From the NCBI GenBank assembly GCA_958418815.1, contig CATZGB010000015.1, forward strand, positions 113-64,112: 64,000 nucleotides of DNA, read 5' to 3'. Below the pieces are notes generated by a model. The model saw only the letters and a program-made list of their open reading frames with translations, did no database searches and was not told the DNA's origin. A program made the position numbers and the translations under genes. How positions within the stretch are numbered: the first letter of the stretch is position 1; each line of letters starts with the position of its first letter. Positions 54,710 to 61,726 of the stretch are shown here, piece after piece. The stretch comes from an uncultured Bacteroidales bacterium (GTDB taxonomy: Bacteria; Bacteroidota; Bacteroidia; Bacteroidales; Muribaculaceae).

Positions 54710-54752
54710 TCCCAATCTTTTCCAATCTCGTCAACATTGGAAAAGATTGGGA
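54710..54752. repeat. Perfect 17-bp inverted repeat with 9-nt loop
   Basis: tcccaatcttttccaat ... attggaaaagattggga, between the two divergent TA modules. Confidence 0.85.
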
Positions 54753-54802
54753 TGCCGCGGCTCCGCCGGGACGCTTTTAACAATTATTCTTACCGAAAAT
54801 TT

Positions 54803-54831
54803 TGCTAAATAAAAATTTAGCATTATCTTTG
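54803..54831 (+). promoter_or_regulatory. hicAB promoter: palindromic operator plus -7 box TATCTTTG
   Basis: The palindrome tgctaaat-aaaa-atttagca (54803-54822) abuts TATCTTTG (54824-54831). The ATG is at 54856. Confidence 0.55.
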
Positions 54832-54855
54832 TGGTGTAAATCAAATCAGCGAACA

Positions 54856-55044
54856 ATGAAATACAAAGAACTCCACAAGTTGCTAAGTAAGGCCGGATGT
54901 TACGACACAGGCCGACAACGAAGCGGACATCCTCTGTGGTTCTCACCGATTACCGGCAAATACTTCAGAACAAGTAATCACGGTTCGGAGGAAGTCAAGA
55001 CCGGCACTCTCAAATCAATCCTTCGAGATGCCGGAGTAAAATAA
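54856..55044 (+). CDS. hicA: HicA-family mRNA interferase toxin
   Basis: 62 aa: MKYKELHKLLSKAGC...GHPLWF...HGSEEVKTGTLKSILRDAGV. Confidence 0.85.
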   Translation: MKYKELHKLLSKAGCYDTGRQRSGHPLWFSPITGKYFRTSNHGSEEVKTGTLKSILRDAGVK

Positions 55045-55117
55045 GGGAAGGGGCAAAAGCCCCTCCCTTTACAACCGAATGGGAAGACATTTGTTAAAGA
55101 AATATATAGCATAAAAT

Positions 55118-55525
55118 ATGAGGACAGTACGTGTATTTATTGAACGCGGCAAAGATGGCACTTTCGGCGCCTATATGCCCGATGACAACAATCTCTCTTA
55201 TGGCATTATCGGCGATGGTGCGACTGCCGCTGCTGCCATTGAAGATTTTAAGGCTGAGTATGAAGATATGAAAGCCTTCTTCATGGAGGAAGGAAAGCAT
55301 TTTGAGGAAGTGAATTTTGCGTTCTCGTATGATTTGCCCTCATTCCTCGTCTACTATGCAGACCTTATCTCGTACAAAGGTCTTGCCAAGCTCACAGGCG
55401 TGTCTGCCGCTCAGCTCTCGCAGTATATCTCAGGCTATCGCACTCCGTCGCCCAAAACTACTGAGAAGATTCAGACTGCGCTTCACGCTTTCGGTAAAGA
55501 ATTAAGCCAGTTACAGCTTGTTTGA
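55118..55525 (+). CDS. hicB: HicB-family antitoxin with C-terminal HTH
   Basis: The N-terminus VFIERGKDGTFGAYMPD...GDGATAAAAIEDF is HicB/UPF0150-like. The C-terminal LAKLTGVSAAQLSQYISG is an HTH. Confidence 0.8.
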   Translation: MRTVRVFIERGKDGTFGAYMPDDNNLSYGIIGDGATAAAAIEDFKAEYEDMKAFFMEEGKHFEEVNFAFSYDLPSFLVYYADLISYKGLAKLTGVSAAQLSQYISGYRTPSPKTTEKIQTALHAFGKELSQLQLV

Positions 55526-55555
55526 TTTACACCTTAACATTGTTCGCACTGGCAG

Positions 55556-55586
55556 CACCCTCGCCATCACGGCGGGGGTGTTTTTT
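55556..55586 (+). terminator. Intrinsic terminator (same motif as 30930)
   Basis: caccctcgcc atcac ggcgggggtg followed by T6. Confidence 0.7.
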
Positions 55587-55611
55587 ATTTGCAGAATCCG
55601 TTTTTTGTGCT

Positions 55612-55619
55612 TACCTTTG
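55612..55619 (+). promoter_or_regulatory. -7 box TACCTTTG, unit 1 of cassette copy 2
   Basis: TAnnTTTG match. The helix strand begins at 55624. Confidence 0.55.
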
Positions 55620-55623
55620 CAAT

Positions 55624-55794
55624 GCGAAACTCATAATGGTCGGTCCATTCCGAGGAGCCACGGTTAAAGGCTCGACATTCTATCGGGCATTTTTTATGCC
55701 CTCACATACCAGCTACGGCTGTCATATCCAAATAACTTTTGCTCTTCGGAGCTGACTGTTATGAGTTTCGCGACGGGATATGGCAGCCGTTTTT
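55624..55794 (+). ncRNA. Structured ~171-nt leader/ncRNA, unit 1 of copy 2
   Basis: Helix A is 55624-36 with 55759-71. Helix B is 55716-29 with 55776-89 (one G-U), followed by a T-run. The U-loop hairpin cgggc-auuuuuuau-gccc is conserved. Confidence 0.6.
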
Positions 55795-55820
55795 CTGTCT
55801 AACGCGAAACTCATAACAGT

Positions 55821-55924
55821 ATGGAATCCAAAACAACCAACACCATCGCCCTGAGCCAGGGCGCGCCGGCCCGCATCCTGCCGGGCGCGGTCTCCACAAA
55901 AATCCGCGCAATCGCTTGCGGATT
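55821..55924 (+). other. Truncated duplicate of the 2-TM ORF 5' end plus hairpin (copy 2)
   Basis: Same ~70-nt element and same aatccgc/gcggatt hairpin (55901-55924) as at 32787-32884. Confidence 0.6.
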
Positions 55925-55937
55925 CAAAAAAACTGCT

Positions 55938-55945
55938 TACCTTTG
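55938..55945 (+). promoter_or_regulatory. -7 box TACCTTTG, unit 2 of cassette copy 2
   Basis: TAnnTTTG match. The helix strand begins at 55950. Confidence 0.55.
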
Positions 55946-55949
55946 CAGT

Positions 55950-56115
55950 GTTCACCATTTGATACAGGCGAGTCAATCGCCGAAGCTAATAGCCATCGGC
56001 CTTTTTTATGGCCGTAGGTTTGTCTATAACATTGGTTCCGTCCCGTGTGGAGCGTTAATGCGCCCACAGCCTGTATCAGGTGGTGAACAACGGGGAGCGG
56101 AACCTTTTCTGTTTT
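55950..56115 (+). ncRNA. Structured ~165-nt leader/ncRNA, unit 2 of copy 2
   Basis: Helix A is 55950-69 with 56069-88 (20 bp, two G-U). Helix B is 56034-46 with 56090-104, followed by a T-run. Confidence 0.6.
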
Positions 56116-56171
56116 CGCTCCAGAAGAGTAGTTCAACATCTTTCTTAGGTTTCATTTAATTGTTCACCGAA

Positions 56172-56429
56172 ATGAAAACAACCAACAGCATCGCCCTCCA
56201 ACAGGGCGCGTCAGCCCGCATCCTGCCGGGCGCGGTCTCCACAACCATCATCCCGGCCCTCCGCGTAATCAGCGTGGCCGCCTCTGCCATCCTCGCGCCG
56301 GTGGCCTACCTGCAATGCGTCGCCGGGACTCCGTCGCTGCCCGTGATACTGGGCGCGTCGGCCAGCCTGCTGGCGGCCGCATTCCTCCGCCCCTCGTCAA
56401 CCGTAAGCCGGAAAGGAGGTGAGGTATGA
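56172..56429 (+). CDS. Small two-TM membrane protein, paralog of 33127-33384
   Basis: 85 codons. By my manual alignment, 12 codons differ from copy 1 (3 synonymous, 9 non-synonymous). Confidence 0.6.
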   Translation: MKTTNSIALQQGASARILPGAVSTTIIPALRVISVAASAILAPVAYLQCVAGTPSLPVILGASASLLAAAFLRPSSTVSRKGGEV

Positions 56430-56629
56430 AACGTGACAGCAAGACAAGTATGGAAAAGAGGGTGGTGGTGACCCGTGGCCACAAGGGGGCGCGGGTGGTC
56501 GAATACCAGGTTGGTGAGTTCAGCGGGGGATTCATTGTCGTAGACGCTCCATCAGACCTCTACCTCCTGAGGGATGGAATCGAGGAGTACATCCTCGCCA
56601 ACGGCATCAAGCCCCCATCGGGGAAATGA
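56426..56629 (+). CDS. Small soluble protein, paralog of 33381-33575 (ATGA-coupled)
   Basis: 67 aa. Roughly half of the aligned residues are identical to copy 1. Confidence 0.6.
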   Translation: MKRDSKTSMEKRVVVTRGHKGARVVEYQVGEFSGGFIVVDAPSDLYLLRDGIEEYILANGIKPPSGK

Positions 56630-56661
56630 CGGGGCACTCATAGGTGCCAAGGTAATAAAGC

Positions 56662-56695
56662 AGCCGCCCGACGCTTTGCGCGCCGGGCGGCTTTG
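56662..56695 (+). terminator. Hairpin terminator-like element
   Basis: agccgcccg / cgggcggct (9 bp) followed by ttgtgt. Confidence 0.5.
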
Positions 56696-57136
56696 TGTGG
56701 AAGCTCCCGGGCGTTGTCCGGGAGCGCGCCTGAAACGGCTGTCAAACCAAAAGGGATTCAGGACGTGTGGTGGTCGTGGCATATTCCGCTTGGGTCGGAG
56801 GGGGTCCAGGAAGTCTCCCGGCTCAGGGCGGTGGGGGGTGCAGAGACGCAATAAGGGGGCGAAATCGCCCCCTTTACCCCCTCAATCCGCTCAGTGGCAG
56901 CGGATTGAATTTTTCAACTCAGGGAGATTGAAAAATTTTCTTGGGGATTGCCGTTAAAATGTCTTTAACGGCGGGCGGGAAATAGGAAGCAAGCCGCTTC
57001 AAACCAGCGCCTTGCCGGGAGTCCACGCCGAATTCCAAGGGCATTTGGAATCCGGCGGTTCTGGCCTGCGGGAGGTGTCTTTTCGGGCAAATGAAAATAT
57101 GATGAATTTTGGCCTTGAATCAAATATGGTTATAGT

Positions 57137-60100
57137 ATGGCCAATTATGAATCTTATGCGACTGTCGTTTTGTCCGTCAATGGAAAGAAAGCTAAAGAAA
57201 TGTTCCGCGAATTGGAAAAGGATGCGGAAAGGCTTGGACGTGAAATAGATAAGGCCGCAAGGGCGGGAGACAAGGCCACCATGAAGCAGTTCCAAAAGGA
57301 GCTTAACTCTACGAAGCGAATGATGGATCAGCTAAATGGCGCAGCGTATTCGGTGGAGAATGTCCTTCATCGATTGGATAAGGCCACCCCGAAAGAGTTG
57401 AACAGCGCGTTGCGCAGACTGAAAATGGATCTCAACGGACTTGAGAGAGGAACTTCGGCTTGGGATGCCCATATCGTGAAGATTCGAGCTGTCAAAGAAG
57501 AGATTCGCCGAGTCAATGACACTATGCGGACTCAGCAGGTTCTCACCTCTGGTTTGAAGGACAGTTTCGATCGGTTGAAGATTTCCTTGCTGGGAGTTGT
57601 CGGGGCTTTCTCTGGAATGTTTATGGCCGGGCGCAAGTCGGTGGACGCTTACGCCGAGATGGAACAGGAGGAGGCCAATGTCAGGAAATACACCGGGATG
57701 GCGGCCCGTGAGGTCGGGGCGCTAAACGAGGAGTTCAAGAAGATGGACACGCGCTCGTCCCGCGAGCAGCTCAACCAATACGCCCAGGAGGCAGGCCGCC
57801 TGGGAAAGCAGACCCAGGAGGATGTCCTGGGGTATGTGAAGGCGGCTGACAAGGTCAACGTGGCCCTCGATGACCTCGGAAAGGGAGCGACCCTGACGCT
57901 GTCGAAGCTGACGGGGATTTTCGGCGACGAGAAGCGTCTCGGCACCGAGAAGGCCCTGCTCTCGGTCGGCTCGGTCATCAACGAGCTGTCGCAGAACTGC
58001 TCGGCCTCGGCCCCGTACCTGGCCGAGTTCGCCTCGCGTGTCGGGGGTGTCGGCAAGCAGGCGAATATGACCGTCCAGCAGATCATGGGCTTCGCGGCGG
58101 TTCTCGACAGCAACAACCAGAAGGTTGAAGCGTCTGCGACTGCCTTGTCACAGGTGATCGTGCGCATATACCAGGAGCCGGCGAAGTACGCCAAGGTGGC
58201 CGGCCTGGATGTGAAGCGGTTCTCCAAGCTGGTGAAGGAGGACATGAACGCGGCCCTGCTCGAGTTCCTCACGGCGCTCAAGTCGGCGGGGAGGATGGAC
58301 ACCCTCTCACCGATGTTCAAGGACATGGGGGAGACGGGCGCGCGGGCCATAGCTGCATTGTCGACTCTGGCGGGACATGTCGGGGAGGTCAAGGCGCAGC
58401 AGGCCGAGGCTAACAAGGCTTTCGCCGAGGCCACGTCTATCGGCAATGAGTTCGACGTGCAGAACAATACCGTGATGGCCGGCCTCGAGAAGGCGCGCAA
58501 GCGTGTCAACGAGTATGCCGTGGAGCTTGGCGAGAAGCTCTGCCCGGTGATGAAGCTTTTCTATTCATCCTCGACGGTGGCCTTGAAGGTGCTTTCCGTC
58601 ATGGTCGATTATTTCCTCAAGAACAGGACGGGCATCACGATGGCCGCGGCGGCGGTGGCTGCATACTCCGTCGCGGTGCTGGCTGTTTCCGTGAGGGTCA
58701 AGGCCTACAACGCGCTGCTGCTGGTGGGCGCGAAGGCCCAGTCGGCGTGGTCGGTCGTGACTCGTCTGGGGGCTGTGGCCGCAGCCGCTTTCCGCAATTC
58801 GGTGGATTACCTGCGCAACGGCCTTGAGGTCACCTACACTATGCAGGAGCGGTGGAGCAAGGCCATGGCCGCGATGAACTGGAAGCTCTGGGCCGCCGGT
58901 GTGCTTGGGGTCGCTGCCGCCGTGGCTTACCTCTGCAAGGTGATGACAGATACTTTCTCGGTGAGCAAGCTGCTGTCTGATGTGAACAAGGAGGCAAACA
59001 AGACTATCGCCGAGCAGAAAGGGAAGATTGATGACCTCAGGCGGGCGATGAATGACCAGAACCTGTCATACGCCGAGCGCATAAAGGCCATCAAGGAGCT
59101 GGAGCGCATCATCCCCGGCTACCACGCATGGCTGACCCGCGAGGGTGAGATCATCAACGAGAACACCAAGGCGATCGACGACTATGTCGAGTCGCTCCGG
59201 AAGGCGGCCCGCGCGGAAGCGGCCAAGGCCAAGCTGGTCGAGCTGGAGAAGGAGAGGCTCGACATCGAGACAGACATGGAGGCTGACAAGGACTTCAACT
59301 ACGAGCGCGGGGCCTGGGCGATTCTCGGAGGCGCCGGCAACCCGGTGATGGCGGCGGCCCAGTACACCGCGCAGTCGGGTGTGGCCCGTGGTGTGAATGA
59401 GGCAAAGCTGCTCGGGATCCGGCGGAAGACGGAGGCCCTCGAGGGCCTTATCGCCGGGGAACGGGAGAAGGAGCTGGAGGATGACAAGGCCCGGCGCGAG
59501 GAGGAGAACGCGATGATGCTCAAAATCAACCGGGAGCTGTACGCGGGCAATGAGGAATACCGCAAGGAGGTCGACAAGTGGAAGGAGAAGCTTAAGCGTG
59601 ACCGCGAGACGATGTCGGAGGCGAAGGCCAACAAGGCATACAATGACGGCATCTTCGGCCTTAACCAGCGTTACTTCGGCACGACGGTTGAGACGGAGCC
59701 TGAGGCCGATTTCGGGAAAGGGTATGTGTCGACTGTGCAGGCCGCCAAGGAGGCAAAGAAGTCGGAGCTTGAGGCCAAGCGCGAGCTCGCCAAGGCCAAG
59801 GCCTCCTTCAAGGCTGCCATGGCGAAGGCAAAGGGTGACTGGGAGACCGGGGCGGCCGACAACGAGGTCGAGTACGCCCAGGGATTGAAGACTTACCAGG
59901 ATTTCCTCGATGAGAAGGAGAGGCTTGACCGGGAATACATAGATGCCCGAATCCGGATTTACGAGGGGCTTTACGAAGACGAGACCCCGCAAGCCCGGAA
60001 GCTGCTGCTGAATTATGACGAGACTTACCGCAAACTGCTCCTGGAAAGGGCGCAGGCAGAGCGAGCGGCCATGGAGAAACAGTCGGCGCAGTCTGTCAAG

Positions 60101-61723
60101 TCGCTGGAGAAGGAGTACAAGATGCGGCAGCGCGACCTGAAACGGCGCGTGACTGACTCCCGCGCCCTTGTGCAGGGACTGTTCCAGCTCAAGGTCACAT
60201 ACCTCAGGAAATACCGCGACACCTACAAGGAGTATTCCAAGGAGTGGGTGAAGTACAACGAGCAGCTCGAGGAGGAACTGCACGAGGATATGGTCAAACG
60301 TCAGAAGGAGCTTGCGGAATACCTTGAGCGGTACCGGGCCGGGAACGGCTCCGACGACTGGGAGGGGCAGGCGCAGCGGCGGCTCACATATGAGCTTGGC
60401 CTGATAAATGAACTGAATGACCAGCGAAAGCTCTCTGATGAGGAGTACTTCGAGGCTTTTGACAAGACTTACAACAAGTATCTCGACGGCATCGAGGCCG
60501 AGCGTGACAAGCGCGCGTCCAAGAATGCCTTGAAGAGTCTGGAGGTGGTGACCGGGATAAATCAGGATGGCACGGTGGAGACCAAAAGTGTTGACCTGCG
60601 TTCATCCGGCAGCAAGGCATACGACAAGCTCCACGGTGCTTATGAGGAGGCCAATGTGCAGATCAAGAAGCTGCGCCAGGATTTCGAGGCCGGGTCTCTC
60701 ACGTTGGAGCAGTTCCAGGAGGGGCTGTCTACCGCACGCAAGAACCTGCGGGAAGCGTTGAATGAGTTCCTTGAGCCTCTGGTCGGAAAGGATTTCTCCT
60801 CGATCGTGAACATGGGCGTGGCCGTCTGTGACGTGTTCCGCAACATGGCTGAGACCGGGCGGCTGAGCTGGGATGACATCGCCTCGGCGGCGGAGTCCTC
60901 GGTGGCGGCGATGACGGCCGCCCTACAGACTTACAGCCAGTTCGCGGCGGCGCAGTCAAAAATCGACATCGCCAACGCCGAGAAGAAGTATGACGCGATG
61001 CTCGAGGCGGCCGAGGGTAACTCCTACATGACCCGCAAGCTTGAGAAGGAGAAGGAGGCGGAACTTGAGAAGTTGAAGGCGAAGGCTGTCAATGAGGAGT
61101 TCAAGTTGAAGGTCGTGGAGGCTGTGGCGCAGACCGCGTCCAATGCGATTGCCGCTTATGGGGCGGGTCTCAAGTTCCCTTTCCCGGCCAACACTGTGAT
61201 GCCGGCGGTGCTTGCCGGGCTGGCCACGGCGAGCGGCTTGGTGCAGGTGGCGTTGATCAAGAAGCAGCAGCAGGCCGCTGCTGCCTCCGGGTATTCGGAG
61301 GGCGGTTTCACCCCGGCCGGCCCTAAAGACCGGGAGGTGGGCGTGGTTCACGCCGGGGAGTGGGTGGCCTCGCAGAAGCTCGTCAACAATCCCCGCGTCC
61401 GCCCGCTCCTGGAGGCTCTTGACCGCGCCCAGCGCGCCAACACCATCGGCTCCATCACCCAGGCCGATGTCTCCAGGTCGGTGGCGGCCCCGATGGTGCT
61501 GGCCGCCCAGCGCCAGGAGCCGGTGGTGGTCAACGTCCCTGCCCCGGCCCCGGCTCCGGAGCGCGGCGATTCGCGCGCCGCGGAGGTGCTGGGCCGCCTG
61601 GCCAGGAGGCTCGACGAGCCTTTCGTGACGGTCAACACCGTCACGGGCGACAAGGGCATGAAGAAGGCCCAGGATGATTACGACCGGCTTATGAGGAACA
61701 AGAGGCCAAAACTTCGTAAATGA
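57137..61723 (+). CDS. Tail tape measure protein
   Basis: 1528 aa with extensive coiled coil, central hydrophobic TM-like segments (AAAVAAYSVAVLAVSV...) and a Lys/Glu-rich repeat character. Confidence 0.85.
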   Translation: MANYESYATVVLSVNGKKAKEMFRELEKDAERLGREIDKAARAGDKATMKQFQKELNSTKRMMDQLNGAAYSVENVLHRLDKATPKELNSALRRLKMDLNGLERGTSAWDAHIVKIRAVKEEIRRVNDTMRTQQVLTSGLKDSFDRLKISLLGVVGAFSGMFMAGRKSVDAYAEMEQEEANVRKYTGMAAREVGALNEEFKKMDTRSSREQLNQYAQEAGRLGKQTQEDVLGYVKAADKVNVALDDLGKGATLTLSKLTGIFGDEKRLGTEKALLSVGSVINELSQNCSASAPYLAEFASRVGGVGKQANMTVQQIMGFAAVLDSNNQKVEASATALSQVIVRIYQEPAKYAKVAGLDVKRFSKLVKEDMNAALLEFLTALKSAGRMDTLSPMFKDMGETGARAIAALSTLAGHVGEVKAQQAEANKAFAEATSIGNEFDVQNNTVMAGLEKARKRVNEYAVELGEKLCPVMKLFYSSSTVALKVLSVMVDYFLKNRTGITMAAAAVAAYSVAVLAVSVRVKAYNALLLVGAKAQSAWSVVTRLGAVAAAAFRNSVDYLRNGLEVTYTMQERWSKAMAAMNWKLWAAGVLGVAAAVAYLCKVMTDTFSVSKLLSDVNKEANKTIAEQKGKIDDLRRAMNDQNLSYAERIKAIKELERIIPGYHAWLTREGEIINENTKAIDDYVESLRKAARAEAAKAKLVELEKERLDIETDMEADKDFNYERGAWAILGGAGNPVMAAAQYTAQSGVARGVNEAKLLGIRRKTEALEGLIAGEREKELEDDKARREEENAMMLKINRELYAGNEEYRKEVDKWKEKLKRDRETMSEAKANKAYNDGIFGLNQRYFGTTVETEPEADFGKGYVSTVQAAKEAKKSELEAKRELAKAKASFKAAMAKAKGDWETGAADNEVEYAQGLKTYQDFLDEKERLDREYIDARIRIYEGLYEDETPQARKLLLNYDETYRKLLLERAQAERAAMEKQSAQSVKSLEKEYKMRQRDLKRRVTDSRALVQGLFQLKVTYLRKYRDTYKEYSKEWVKYNEQLEEELHEDMVKRQKELAEYLERYRAGNGSDDWEGQAQRRLTYELGLINELNDQRKLSDEEYFEAFDKTYNKYLDGIEAERDKRASKNALKSLEVVTGINQDGTVETKSVDLRSSGSKAYDKLHGAYEEANVQIKKLRQDFEAGSLTLEQFQEGLSTARKNLREALNEFLEPLVGKDFSSIVNMGVAVCDVFRNMAETGRLSWDDIASAAESSVAAMTAALQTYSQFAAAQSKIDIANAEKKYDAMLEAAEGNSYMTRKLEKEKEAELEKLKAKAVNEEFKLKVVEAVAQTASNAIAAYGAGLKFPFPANTVMPAVLAGLATASGLVQVALIKKQQQAAAASGYSEGGFTPAGPKDREVGVVHAGEWVASQKLVNNPRVRPLLEALDRAQRANTIGSITQADVSRSVAAPMVLAAQRQEPVVVNVPAPAPAPERGDSRAAEVLGRLARRLDEPFVTVNTVTGDKGMKKAQDDYDRLMRNKRPKLRK

Positions 61724-61726
61724 TTC

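Larger units (their letters stand above)
55612..56629 (+). repeat. Cassette copy 2 (two leader/ncRNA units plus 85-codon 2-TM ORF plus coupled 67-codon ORF)
   Basis: Same order and signals as 32578-33575, in direct orientation. Confidence 0.9.

Noticed and set aside
32787-56243. Whether the four ~70-nt repeats are a CRISPR array or DGR template/variable repeats
   Set aside because: The spacing is ~340 nt and 23 kb rather than regular short spacers, and there are no cas genes. No reverse transcriptase is in the window, and the differences between copies are not adenine-specific.
56630-57136. Tail assembly chaperone pair with -1 frameshift upstream of the tape measure gene
   Set aside because: Only short, poorly supported ORFs are present (for example 57012-57248), and no slippery heptamer was seen in a coding context. 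The region is reported as structured non-coding.
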